Of a stretch of 64,000 bases of DNA, positions 54,559 through 64,000 are shown piece after piece (within the stretch, counting starts at the first letter, position 1; each line of letters begins with the position of its first letter). Under the pieces are notes generated by a model. That model was not told the DNA's origin. It saw only the letters and a program-made list of their open reading frames with translations, and made no database searches. Origin of the DNA: Alphaproteobacteria bacterium (GTDB taxonomy: Bacteria > Pseudomonadota > Alphaproteobacteria > Rhizobiales > JAJFHC01); contig JAJFHD010000011.1 of NCBI GenBank assembly GCA_021775805.1, forward strand, positions 110,887 through 174,886, given 5' to 3'. Both the position numbers and the translations under genes were made by a program.

Positions 54559-56157
54559 ATGGGAAGCCTAAAGGAACTGAAATACAAACTGGGGAAGGGT
54601 CTGATTGACCGGCGCCAGTTCATGCAAGGGGCGCTCGCCGCGGGCGCCACATTCACTGTGGCAAACACCATTGCATCAGGCATAGCAAAAGCCGCACCAA
54701 AGAAGGGCGGGCACTACGTTCAGGGCCTGACCGGCGGTGGTACGGGCGATGTGCTCGATCCGGCCCAGACGCTTGACTCGTTCATGATCAACGTCAGCGC
54801 CGGACAGCTTCGTAACAACCTGACTGAAATCGGCCCCGATGGCCAGATCAGGGGCGAGCTTGCAGAAAGCTGGGAGCCATCAGACGATGCCGTGACCTGG
54901 GTCTTCAACCTGCGCAAGGGTGTCGAATTCCATAACGGCAAGACCATGGAAGCCAAGGACGTGGTTGCCTCGCTCAACCATCACCGGGGCGAGACGACCA
55001 AGTCAGCCGCCAAAGGCATCGTCAAGCCGATCAAGGACATCAAGGCCGACGGCAAGGACAAGGTGGTTGTTGAACTGGAAGGTGGCAATGCCGACTTCCC
55101 GTTCCTGGTGAGCGATTATCACCTCACGATCTGCCCGTCCAAGGACGACGGCACGATGGAATGGGAATCCGGTGCCGGTACCGGCGGTTATGTGCTTGAG
55201 AAGTTCGAGCCTGGCGTATCGGCGAAATTGAAGCGGAATCCGAACTACTGGAAGGAAAACGCCGCATTCTTCGATTCGGTCGAGAACCTGTTCATCGCCG
55301 ATGCCGGTGCGCGAACCAACGCGTTGCGGTCCGGTCAGATTCACTCGATGTCGAACCTCGACCTGAAGACCGTGCATCTGCTCAAGCGTGAAGCGGAGAT
55401 CCAGGTGTTCCCGTCATTCGGTAACAAACATGCAACTTTGCCTATGCTGTCGAATGCCCCACCATTCGACAACAACGAGGTTCGCCTGGCGCTCAAATAT
55501 TCTATCAACCGGCAGGAAATGCTCGATAAGATCGTCAAGGGTCAGGGCGAACTGGGCAATGACAGCCCTGTCGGTCCGGCCAACATCTACCGGGCAACTG
55601 CAGATGAAATGCCTCAGCGGCCTTACGATCCGGAAAAGGCCAAATTCCACCTCAAGAAGGCCGGCCACGACGGGAACTTCCAACTGCACCTTGCCGATAC
55701 GGCTTTCGAAGGGGCGGTCGATGCCGGTCAGCTTTACACTGAATCCGCGAAAGCAGCGGGGATCAATATCAAGATCGTTCGCGAACCCAATGACGGTTAC
55801 TGGTCAAATGTCTGGCTCAAGAAGCCCTGGTCGGGCAGCTACTGGGGCGGACGTCCGACGGAAGACTGGATCTTCTCGCAGATCTATTCCTCGGGTGCGG
55901 ACTGGAACGAATCGAAGTGGGAGCATGAGAAGTTCAACAAGTTGCTGGTTGAAGCCCGCGCCGAACTTGATCCGAAAAAACGCCGCGCCATTTACGTGGA
56001 AATGCAACAAATCCTCCACACAGAAGGCGGGTCCATCATTCCGCTGTTCATGGCTTACACCCATGCTGCGAGCAAAAAGATCATGCTGCCGGAACAGATG
56101 GCAAGCAACTGGGAGCTCGATGGCCACAAGAATGCTGAACGCTGGTCGTTCGCATAG
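54559..56157 (+). CDS. ABC transporter substrate-binding protein, family 5 (Opp/Dpp-like), Tat-exported
   Basis: Tat motif DRRQFMQG, LAESWE, LRKGVEFHNG, GTGGY, PPFDNNEVRLAL. No permease or ATPase adjacent. Confidence 0.92.
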   Translation: MGSLKELKYKLGKGLIDRRQFMQGALAAGATFTVANTIASGIAKAAPKKGGHYVQGLTGGGTGDVLDPAQTLDSFMINVSAGQLRNNLTEIGPDGQIRGELAESWEPSDDAVTWVFNLRKGVEFHNGKTMEAKDVVASLNHHRGETTKSAAKGIVKPIKDIKADGKDKVVVELEGGNADFPFLVSDYHLTICPSKDDGTMEWESGAGTGGYVLEKFEPGVSAKLKRNPNYWKENAAFFDSVENLFIADAGARTNALRSGQIHSMSNLDLKTVHLLKREAEIQVFPSFGNKHATLPMLSNAPPFDNNEVRLALKYSINRQEMLDKIVKGQGELGNDSPVGPANIYRATADEMPQRPYDPEKAKFHLKKAGHDGNFQLHLADTAFEGAVDAGQLYTESAKAAGINIKIVREPNDGYWSNVWLKKPWSGSYWGGRPTEDWIFSQIYSSGADWNESKWEHEKFNKLLVEARAELDPKKRRAIYVEMQQILHTEGGSIIPLFMAYTHAASKKIMLPEQMASNWELDGHKNAERWSFA

Positions 56158-56201
56158 AACTAATCAAACACTCGTGACCCGTCACGAGTCTTAGAGCACG
56201 A

Positions 56202-56246
56202 CGATACCTCGCATCATCATCCCGATGGTGCGAGGTATTGATTTTT
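56202..56246 (+). terminator. Probable intrinsic terminator hairpin
   Basis: CGATACCTCGCATCATC / GATGGTGCGAGGTATTG stem followed by ATTTTT. Confidence 0.55.
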
Positions 56247-56572
56247 GGGGCATATTATGCCTAGCTAACTAGGGCCATCTGATGGACTTACCGGAAAATC
56301 GTGGCCCGAAAGGTGCGGTTGAAGGAGCTCTTAGAGAACGGAACTAGCTAGGATTTCCAGACAAACTCAGTTGTCTGTCGTCAAACGGGGTTGCGATTGA
56401 GTTTTACAGTTTCCTGCTGTTTCCGTCTGAATGTCGTACAAAATGCGCCAATTCATGTGCGGACCTGGCCCTTCGAGCAGAAGTACCGTCATCTCCCTAA
56501 AAACACTGGATTGGTTCACACCCGAATGGTCTCGGATGTGTAATTTTGTTATCCCAGTTGGAAGAGGGAAAT

Positions 56573-56782
56573 ATGCCAAAGGGAACAGTGAAGTGGTTCA
56601 ATCCTGAAAAAGGATACGGTTTTATTGCACAGGAAGATGGGTCGACTGATGCGTTCGTTCACATCTCCGCAGTGGAACAATCCGGTCTGTCAGGACTGAA
56701 CGAAGGGCAGGAAGTCGAATATGAACTAGCGCCCGGGCGAAATGGAAAAATGGCAGCACAAAACCTGAAGGTTTCCGGTTGA
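56573..56782 (+). CDS. cspA: Cold-shock protein (CspA family)
   Basis: KGTVKWFN.EKGYGFI, DAFVHISA. GAGGG RBS. Confidence 0.95.
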   Translation: MPKGTVKWFNPEKGYGFIAQEDGSTDAFVHISAVEQSGLSGLNEGQEVEYELAPGRNGKMAAQNLKVSG

Positions 56783-57111
56783 AGCCGTGCTCCGACCGGC
56801 TGGATTCATTTTCGGAATCTGCCGGTATTGCTGAAAACTGACGCAGGCATCAGTGCAGACAACGTTCACGCTGATGCCAGTGATCTGATTGAGCCATTGC
56901 TCAGAGAGAGCGACCGTGTCTTGCGGTCGCTCTTTTCTTTTGCTGATGGCTTCAAAAAACTGACGAACAGAAAATGACCACAGGAATTGCAACCGCGGAT
57001 AACAGTTGTAGTTGACTCCAGCGGCTGCTTTCTCAATCGTGGCCGTTCGGATTGTGCAATTTGGACGGCAACTGCGGGACGCAAGGGGACTTCAGAAATT
57101 GAAGAACAACA

Positions 57112-58107
57112 ATGACGGGTGACATGGTTGATCTCGATGAGGTCACCGCGGCAAGGGTTCGCATTCGGGACCGGGTCAGGATAACGCCGGTGGAGGCGTC
57201 TGAGCGCCTCAGTGCCAGGGCGGGTGTGCCGGTGATCCTTAAACTCGAACACCAGCAACGCACCGGAAGTTTCAAGCTGCGTGGTGCAACCAATGCTGTT
57301 CTCGGGCTGACGCAGGAGCAGCGGGAAAGAGGCGTCGTCGGTGTGTCGACCGGTAACCACGGGCGCGGGCTTGCGTCGGCGGCGCACGATGCCGGGGTGC
57401 ACTGCATTATCTGCATGTCCAACCTGGTGCCTCAGAACAAGATAGACGGTATCAAGAGCCATGGGGCGGAAGTGCGCATCGTTGGCTCTTCCCAAGATGA
57501 TGCACAGGTCGAAGTGGATCGGCTTGTGAAGGAAGATGGCATGACGATGCTGCCACCCTTCGATCATCGCAATATCATTGCCGGCCAGGGCACGCTCGGT
57601 CTCGAGATTCTGGAGCAGGTACCCGAAGCGGAAACCATCGTGGTTCCGGTTTCAGGTGGGGGACTGGTTTCCGGCCTGGCCCTTGCGGCAAAGGCGCAAC
57701 GGCCGGAGGTGCGGGTGATCGGCGTTTCCATGGAACGCGGGGCGGCGATGTATGAATGCCAGAAAGCCGGTCGGCCGATCCACGTGGAAGAATGCGCCAC
57801 CCTGGCGGATTCTCTCGGCGGTGGGATTGGTCTCGACAACGTCTACACCTTTCCCATGGTTCGCGATCTGGTCGACGATCTCGTGCTCGTCAGCGAAGGG
57901 CAGATTGCCCAGGCGATCCGGCACGCGTATTGGCATGAACGCCAGATCGTCGAGGGCAGCGGCTCGGTTGGCATCGCGGCAATCGAAGCCGGTCTTGTTA
58001 CGGGTGAAGGGCCGATTGTCGTCCTGACCAGCGGCGGCAATATCGACATGGGTCTGCATCACCGGATTGTTTCGGGCGAAGACGTTGATGTAACGGCCGA
58101 AAGCTAG
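57112..58107 (+). CDS. eutB: Hydroxyectoine utilization dehydratase (threonine dehydratase-like)
   Basis: LKLEH.Q.TGSFKLRGATNA, STGNHGR, GQGTLGLE, TLADSLGGGIGLDN. Precedes eutC and doeA. Confidence 0.88.
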   Translation: MTGDMVDLDEVTAARVRIRDRVRITPVEASERLSARAGVPVILKLEHQQRTGSFKLRGATNAVLGLTQEQRERGVVGVSTGNHGRGLASAAHDAGVHCIICMSNLVPQNKIDGIKSHGAEVRIVGSSQDDAQVEVDRLVKEDGMTMLPPFDHRNIIAGQGTLGLEILEQVPEAETIVVPVSGGGLVSGLALAAKAQRPEVRVIGVSMERGAAMYECQKAGRPIHVEECATLADSLGGGIGLDNVYTFPMVRDLVDDLVLVSEGQIAQAIRHAYWHERQIVEGSGSVGIAAIEAGLVTGEGPIVVLTSGGNIDMGLHHRIVSGEDVDVTAES

Positions 58108-58119
58108 GAAGAGATCACG

Positions 58120-59112
58120 ATGGCAATTATTAGGGTTTTGACGGAAGCCGATCTGCAAGGACAGGTGCGCCTTGACGAGAATGCAGTGACGTGCGTGGAA
58201 AGTGCCTTCAGTGCGCTGGCATCAGGTGGTGTCGTGATGCCGCCGATCCTGAGGCTCGACATTCACGAAAACAACGGCGAGGTCGACGTCAAGACAGCCT
58301 ACGTGCCTGGTCTCGACAGTTTCGCGATCAAGATATCGCCCGGGTTCTTCGACAATCCAGCGATCGGTCTGCCGAGTACCAACGGACTCATGGTGTTGTT
58401 CAGTGCAAAAACCGGCCTGGTGGAAGCCCTGCTTCTTGACAACGGTTATCTGACGGATGTGCGAACGGCAGCAGCCGGTGCCGTCGCCGCGCGGTGCCTC
58501 AGTCGAGAGGACTCCGAAACAGCAGCAATCTTTGGTGCCGGAGCCCAGGCCAAGCTGCAACTGGAAGCCCTGACGCTGGTCAGGCCGATCAGGCAAGCTC
58601 GCATCTGGGGACGCCGGCACGACGCGGCGCAAGAAACAGCGGCGGCGTTGTCGGAAAAACTGGGTTTTGAAGTCAGTGCCATCGACGAGCCGGAAGAAGC
58701 GGTTCGCGGTGCCGATATCGTGGTCACCTCAACGCCTTCCACCGAACCTCTCCTCAAGGCTGACTGGCTGGAAGCCGGCCAGCATGTGACGGCGATGGGA
58801 TCGGATGCCGAGCACAAGAACGAACTGGAACCCGCCATATTGAAGCGTGCCGATCAATACGTCTGCGACCGGTATTCCCAGTGTGCAACACTTGGTGAGC
58901 TTCACCATGCCATTGCGGCGGGCAGTGTCAGCAAGGACGCGGAATTTCCGGAACTGGGTGACGTTATCGCGGGCAAGCACCCGGGACGCATTTCAGAAGA
59001 CCAGCTCACGGTCTGCGATCTAACCGGCACGGGGGTTCAGGACACGGCAATTGCCACCTTTGCACGCGAGCGTTGCGACGCTGCAGGCATTGGTTCGCAA
59101 TTCAATTCATGA
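58120..59112 (+). CDS. eutC: Ectoine utilization cyclodeaminase-like protein
   Basis: GEVDVKTAYVPG, KISPGFFDNP, LLDNGYLTDVRTAAAGA, MGSDAEHKNE, DLTGTGVQD. Confidence 0.9.
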   Translation: MAIIRVLTEADLQGQVRLDENAVTCVESAFSALASGGVVMPPILRLDIHENNGEVDVKTAYVPGLDSFAIKISPGFFDNPAIGLPSTNGLMVLFSAKTGLVEALLLDNGYLTDVRTAAAGAVAARCLSREDSETAAIFGAGAQAKLQLEALTLVRPIRQARIWGRRHDAAQETAAALSEKLGFEVSAIDEPEEAVRGADIVVTSTPSTEPLLKADWLEAGQHVTAMGSDAEHKNELEPAILKRADQYVCDRYSQCATLGELHHAIAAGSVSKDAEFPELGDVIAGKHPGRISEDQLTVCDLTGTGVQDTAIATFARERCDAAGIGSQFNS

Positions 59113-59158
59113 CTTACGGACAACTTCACTTACAAAAAACAATCGGGCAGGGAACATC

Positions 59159-60340
59159 ATGACGGACGTGGAGCTGAATTTCACGAAGGAAGAATACGAA
59201 CAGCGCATTGCCAAGACGCGGGCCGCGATGGTCGCGAAGGGTGTGGAGTTGATGATCATCGCCGACCCGTCGAACATGTCGTGGCTAACGGGTTATGACG
59301 GGTGGTCGTTCTATGTGCACCAGGCAGTGGTTCTGGGCCTCGACGGCGATCCGGTCTGGTTCGGCCGGGGCATGGACGCCAATGGCGCCAAGCGGACCGT
59401 GTTCATGGGGCACGACGACATCATCGGTTATCCCGATCACTATGTGCAGTCCACTGAACGCCATCCCATGGACTATCTGTCGGCGCGCCTCCAGGAACGG
59501 GGCTGGGACAAACTGGCGACCGGCGTCGAGATGGACAATTACTATTTTTCTGCAGCCGCTTTTGCGTCGTTGCAGAAGAACCTGCCCAACGCGACGTTCA
59601 AGGATGCGACGGGGCTTGTTAACTGGCAACGGTCGGTAAAGTCACCTGCCGAGATCGAGTTCATGCGTCGGGCGGCACGGATCGTAGAGGCCATGCATGC
59701 CAAGATCTTCGAACTGGTCGAGCCCGGGTTGAAGAAGAATGACCTGGTTGCGGAAATCTATCACACCTCGATTGCCGGCGCCGATGGATATGGCGGCGAC
59801 TATTGTGCATTCGTGCCGATGCTGCCGTCAGGTATCGACGCCACGGCGCCCCATCTGACGTGGGATGAGAAACCTTTCAAGTCGGGCGAAGGTACGTTCT
59901 TTGAAATCGGCGGCTGTTATCGTCGTTATCATTGTCCGCTGTCGCGCACGGTCTATCTGGGCCGGCCACCGCAGAAGTTCCTTGATGCCGAGAAGGCCGT
60001 GCTCGAAGCTACCGCTGCCGGGCTCGACAAGGCGAAACCAGGCAACACCTGTGAGGACGTCGCCATTGCCTTTTATCAGACGCTCGGAAAGTTCGGTTTC
60101 GAAAAGGACAGCCGTGTCGGTTATTCGATCGGCCTTTCCTATCCGCCTGATTGGGGCGAGCGTACCATGAGCCTGCGGGCGGGCGATCTGACGGAACTCG
60201 AGCCTGGCATGTGTATCCACTTCATGCCCGCACTTTGGCTGGACGACGGCGGCCTGGAGATCACCGAAAGCATCCTGATCACGGACACCGGAATGGAATG
60301 CCTGGCCGATGTGCCGCGCAAACTTGTCATCAAGGACTAG
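59159..60340 (+). CDS. doeA: Ectoine hydrolase (M24 family)
   Basis: DPSNMSWLTGYDGWSFYVHQ, YPDHYVQS.ERHPM, APHLTW, GYSIGLSYPPDWGERT.SLR (EutD/DoeA signatures). Confidence 0.92.
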   Translation: MTDVELNFTKEEYEQRIAKTRAAMVAKGVELMIIADPSNMSWLTGYDGWSFYVHQAVVLGLDGDPVWFGRGMDANGAKRTVFMGHDDIIGYPDHYVQSTERHPMDYLSARLQERGWDKLATGVEMDNYYFSAAAFASLQKNLPNATFKDATGLVNWQRSVKSPAEIEFMRRAARIVEAMHAKIFELVEPGLKKNDLVAEIYHTSIAGADGYGGDYCAFVPMLPSGIDATAPHLTWDEKPFKSGEGTFFEIGGCYRRYHCPLSRTVYLGRPPQKFLDAEKAVLEATAAGLDKAKPGNTCEDVAIAFYQTLGKFGFEKDSRVGYSIGLSYPPDWGERTMSLRAGDLTELEPGMCIHFMPALWLDDGGLEITESILITDTGMECLADVPRKLVIKD

Positions 60341-60430
60341 GTGTGAGTTTTCAGAACCCGATTGTGCCGAGCACGGGCCCCTTCGCCTGCCTTGAAGCCG
60401 CGGCCAAAGATTGCAAATGCCGAACACAAG

Positions 60431-61216
60431 TCAGCTGATGTCCGGCAGAGCGCCGCGGTGCAGGAAAAACTCCTGGTGGATGACGATGTTCTCTCCGTTG
60501 GCAAGCACGGCCGCGTAGGCCGGTGGTTCGTTGTTGTAAGCCATGACGGGGGTAACGGAATCGTAAGGCACCTGATGGTTCAGGGCGGGCAGGGCTGAAT
60601 GTGGCACCCGGTTCCAGGACCCAGAGACGGGCCGATGGACATGACCGAAAAACAGATGCCGGATGTTCTGCCTGTGCCGGGTGACGATCGATGTGAATGC
60701 GCCGGGTTGCTCAAGCCGGATCACGTCTAGCCTGGGAATGCCGATGTCGAACGGCGGATGATGCATGAAGAGCAGAACCGGTCGCTCTTGCACCTGCTCG
60801 AGTTTTTGCTGAAACCAGTCGAGCCTTTTCTGACAAAGTTCGCCTTCACGTCTTCCCGGTGCCAGGGTGTCGAGGCACAGGATCTCGCCCCAGCTTGTCT
60901 GCGTTGACGACTGGACAAAGCCGTTGTCATCGACGGGGTAATCGGAAAAAACGGATCGGAAGTTCTCCCGGTTGTCGTGGTTCCCGAGCATTAGGACGAC
61001 GGGCAAGGGAAAGTTCTCCAAGCGGGTTTTCAGGGCGTCATAGGCGGACGGTTCGCCGCGGTCCGTCAGGTCACCGGAAATGACACAGATCTCGGCGTCG
61101 GCGTGACGGGTGGCGACATCGTCGAGGCACCTGTCGAGGCGGCCCAGCGGATCAAGTCCGTGCAGACGAGACCCTGGCACCACGAGGTGCAGGTCGGTGA
61201 TCTGTATGAGTTTCAT
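60431..61216 (-). CDS. Calcineurin-like metallophosphoesterase (CpdA/GpdQ-like)
   Basis: QITDLH, SGDLTD.G, GNHD, MHHPP, GHVHR. Confidence 0.92.
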   Translation of the reverse strand: MKLIQITDLHLVVPGSRLHGLDPLGRLDRCLDDVATRHADAEICVISGDLTDRGEPSAYDALKTRLENFPLPVVLMLGNHDNRENFRSVFSDYPVDDNGFVQSSTQTSWGEILCLDTLAPGRREGELCQKRLDWFQQKLEQVQERPVLLFMHHPPFDIGIPRLDVIRLEQPGAFTSIVTRHRQNIRHLFFGHVHRPVSGSWNRVPHSALPALNHQVPYDSVTPVMAYNNEPPAYAAVLANGENIVIHQEFFLHRGALPDIS

Positions 61217-61338
61217 GATCCTTGTGTCCGCAAACTATTTGCTGCATTGATGAAATACGGTGCTGACAATGGCGCGTCAAATCTGCCATGGTTTGCACGG
61301 GTATATTGAGACGATACATTAACTCGCCGAGGACGTTC

Positions 61339-62400
61339 ATGAGCATTCGTACGACTTGCATCGGGGCCTATCCGAAACCTGACTATGTGCCGGTAAGTGA
61401 CTGGTTTATATTGAAAGATGGGGCAACCTCCGCCGGCGGCGAAGTCACCCGCGGTTACAGCTCCGTGATGGATGAGGCGGACGAGGATACCGAGGCGCGC
61501 TTTGTTAAAGCAACCCGCGAAGTGATCGAGGACCAGGTCGAAGCTGGCATTGACGTGCCGACCGACGGCGAGATTCGTCGCGAAAATTACATCCATTATC
61601 ACTGCCGCCATCTGGAAGGATTCGACTTTGAAAACCTGACCGCAAAGTCTTCGCGCAATGATGCTTATGTCGCGGAGTTGCCGACCATCCGTGGAACGGT
61701 CGCGCCGGTCGACATGTCGTTCCTGGTGAGGGATTTTCAGACTGCACAATCCTTCACCGACCGTCCCGTCAAGATTACGGTGCCAGGACCGGTTACGATC
61801 ATGGATACGACGGTTGACGCCTTCTACAATGATCCGCGCAAACTGGCGTTTGAACTTGCCACAGCGGTGAATGTCGGAGTTCGGGCGCTGGCGGAAGCAG
61901 GCTGCAAGAACATTCAGGTGGATGAACCGGTCTTTGCCCGCAAGGTCGACGTGGCTCTTGATTATGGCGTCGAATGTCTCGAACGCTGCTTTGACGGTGT
62001 TCCGGGTGACGTGACGAAGGTCATGCATATGTGCTGCGGCTACCCCAACCACCTCGACGACGAGGATTATCCGAAAGCGGATCCGGCCGGTTATCTGAAA
62101 CTTGCGAAAGCAGTAGACGGATCGTGCGTCGACCAGATCTCGATCGAGGATGCTCACCGCCACAACGATCTCACACTTCTGGAACTGTTTGAGAATTCGA
62201 CCGTGATCTTTGGAGCGATTGCCGTGGCGCGAAGCCGGGTCGAGACCGCCGAAGAAGTTCGTGACCGGCTTTCTGCAGCGCTCAATCATATCGACGCGTC
62301 AAGGCTGATCGCGGCACCCGATTGCGGGCTGGGCTTTCTTGGCGGCACCCTGGCACGCAAGAAGCTCAAAGTCCTTTGCGATGCGGCCCACTCGTTGTGA
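61339..62400 (+). CDS. Single-domain cobalamin-independent methionine synthase II (MetE C-terminal) family protein
   Basis: TT.IGAYPKP, Q..AGID..TDGE.RR, IQVDEP, Zn ligands HMC and PDCG. No N-terminal folate-binding barrel. Confidence 0.85.
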   Translation: MSIRTTCIGAYPKPDYVPVSDWFILKDGATSAGGEVTRGYSSVMDEADEDTEARFVKATREVIEDQVEAGIDVPTDGEIRRENYIHYHCRHLEGFDFENLTAKSSRNDAYVAELPTIRGTVAPVDMSFLVRDFQTAQSFTDRPVKITVPGPVTIMDTTVDAFYNDPRKLAFELATAVNVGVRALAEAGCKNIQVDEPVFARKVDVALDYGVECLERCFDGVPGDVTKVMHMCCGYPNHLDDEDYPKADPAGYLKLAKAVDGSCVDQISIEDAHRHNDLTLLELFENSTVIFGAIAVARSRVETAEEVRDRLSAALNHIDASRLIAAPDCGLGFLGGTLARKKLKVLCDAAHSL

Positions 62401-62489
62401 TCGCCAAAGGGCCGAAAGGGGTAGATGACGTGAGCGCAAGTCCGCGCGGTCTTCGGCGTCCCTTGGATCCGGGGGTTAGGAGCTGACAC

Positions 62490-63263
62490 ATGAGCCGGAA
62501 CGACAGGGTGTTGGACGATGCCGATTCAGCGGCTGAAAAAATGTTCAGGATGCTGGATATCCTGGCGCATTCTCCTGTACCGCTCGACGCCAACGATGTG
62601 TGTGACGTCATGGATGTCAACAAGCCGTCGGTTGTCCGCATGATGCGGCAGATGGAAGATGATGGAATCATCAAGCGCCAGCTTGGTAGTAAGGGGTTTA
62701 TCCCCGCGCGGCGTTTGGCCGATCTGGCCCTTCAGTCATTGCTGTCGTGGGCAGCCACCCCTCCGGTGCGTAATTTGCTCGCCGGTGTTGTCGACAAGAC
62801 CCGTGAGACCTGCAATTTCGGAATTCTGTTTGACGGTGAGATTGTCTATCTGGAGCGGGTCGAATGCGAACGGCCGATCCGGGTGCATCTGACCGCCGGG
62901 TCGTCGGTACCGGTGCACTGCACGGCGATCGGCAAGATCATGCTCTCGCATATGCCAGCGGACAAGAGACAGCAATTTCTCAAATCGGGTGCCTTGAGCG
63001 CTCATACGGCATTGACGGTTACACGATGGCCGGCACTCGAGGAACAGGTTGCCGGCATCATGGATCGCGGATTTGCGCTCGACAGGGGCGAGTATGTCGA
63101 CGGTCTTGGCGGCATCGCAGTGCCCGTCAGAGACGCGGATGGTGACGTTTTTGCCGGTATTGCCGTTCACGCACCTGTAGACAGGTTGCGCGACGATGAC
63201 GTCAAGGCTCACGTGCCGGTTCTGCAAGACGCCGCCGACAGGCTGTCGGCCTGTTTGCCGTAG
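62490..63263 (+). CDS. IclR-family transcriptional regulator
   Basis: N-terminal HTH, ETCN, YLERVE, PVHCTAIGK, RGFALD..E...L..IAVPV. Confidence 0.92.
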   Translation: MSRNDRVLDDADSAAEKMFRMLDILAHSPVPLDANDVCDVMDVNKPSVVRMMRQMEDDGIIKRQLGSKGFIPARRLADLALQSLLSWAATPPVRNLLAGVVDKTRETCNFGILFDGEIVYLERVECERPIRVHLTAGSSVPVHCTAIGKIMLSHMPADKRQQFLKSGALSAHTALTVTRWPALEEQVAGIMDRGFALDRGEYVDGLGGIAVPVRDADGDVFAGIAVHAPVDRLRDDDVKAHVPVLQDAADRLSACLP

Positions 63264-63275
63264 AGGTCAACCGTT

Positions 63276-64000
63276 TCAGGCGCGCCGATCCTCCAGAATC
63301 ATGTCAGAGGCCTTTTCCCCGATCATGATGGTCGGCGCATTTGTGTTGCCTGACACGATCGTCGGCATGATCGAGGCATCGGCGACTCTCAGACCCTTGA
63401 TGCCGTGGACACGGAGCCGGTCGTCAACCACGGCACGTTCGTCCTGACCCATTTTGCACGTGCTGGTCGGGTGATAGATGGTCTGGGAAATCTCACGGGC
63501 CTTCTGCAACAGGTCCTCTTCCGTGTCGACTGAGTAGCCAGGCAGTTTTTCGTCGACGACGAACTTCGACATGGCACTTGTCTTCACCAGGTTCCGGGTC
63601 ATTTGCATGCTGGCGACAGCGGTTTCCTGATCGGCGGCTGCAGAAAGGTAATTGGGGTGAATTGCCGGGTAATCGCGGGCGTCGGGTGTGCGCACGTTGA
63701 TATGGCCCCGGCTTTCCGGGCGCAACTGGCAGGCAGACAGGGTAACGCCGGAGAACCTGTGCATTTCGATGCCGGGTTTGTCGGTGCTCAAAGGCTGAAA
63801 GTGATACTGGATGTCCGGGGTGTCGAGTTCCTGCCTGGTCTTGGCAAAGATGCAGACCTGGCTGGCCCCCATGGCCATGGGACCGGTTCGGAAAAGGGCA
63901 TAGCGGGCTCCAATGAGACCACGGCGGAAAAGATTGTTGATTTCATCGTTCAGCGTGGAAACGTTGACTTCGTAGATCATGCGTATCTGCAGGTGGTCCT
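63276..64000 (-). CDS. GMC-family (choline dehydrogenase-like) oxidoreductase, 3' part; gene starts beyond the window
   Basis: DHLQ at the window edge, PDIQYHF, LRPESRG, YHPTSTCKMG, VVDDRLRVHGI.GLRVADASIMP..VSGNTNAP. Confidence 0.92.
   Translation of the reverse strand, partial: DHLQIRMIYEVNVSTLNDEINNLFRRGLIGARYALFRTGPMAMGASQVCIFAKTRQELDTPDIQYHFQPLSTDKPGIEMHRFSGVTLSACQLRPESRGHINVRTPDARDYPAIHPNYLSAAADQETAVASMQMTRNLVKTSAMSKFVVDEKLPGYSVDTEEDLLQKAREISQTIYHPTSTCKMGQDERAVVDDRLRVHGIKGLRVADASIMPTIVSGNTNAPTIMIGEKASDMILEDRRA

Noticed and set aside
56247-56572. Possible structured cspA 5' UTR or sRNA
   Set aside because: Plausible by analogy, but no sequence feature could be identified directly.

Overview
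A gene-dense, high-GC stretch of a probable alphaproteobacterial chromosome, dominated by catabolic and accessory genes. No rRNA, tRNA, CRISPR array or transposase was recognised. Main blocks: (1) 7.9-28.1 kb, a TetR-linked divergent catabolic locus. Its core order is thiolase, hydantoinase A, hydantoinase B, acyl-CoA dehydrogenase, split B12-dependent acyl-CoA mutase, class III CoA-transferase. This resembles the anaerobic indole-3-acetate (iaa) cluster but lacks the Mo-hydroxylase and CoA ligase and adds MaoC pair, EthD, SDR, TRAP and opine-dehydrogenase genes. The mutase has a strongly rewritten active-site loop, and hydantoinase A carries a ~200-aa acidic tail. (2) 28-35 kb, MocR regulator, DUF1127, two convergent MetF paralogues with a MetV-like partner, and an OYE-type N-demethylase. 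(3) 35-41 kb, DapA-like protein, orphan Mo-enzyme large subunit, NadX and LysR. (4) 42.4-46.5 kb, a bacillithiol-like operon (TupA-type ATP-grasp, bshA-like, a very divergent short bshC-like ORF, bshB1-like), unexpected in this lineage. (5) Hydroxybenzoate/gentisate genes, arginase, cspA, eutB-eutC-doeA, a MetE-like protein and a partial GMC oxidoreductase. There are also two secreted caspase-like (C14) proteins and two copies of a REP-like repeat. All functional calls come from motif recognition by eye; no database searches were run. Several start codons were moved from the ORF track to a better-supported downstream ATG/GTG.
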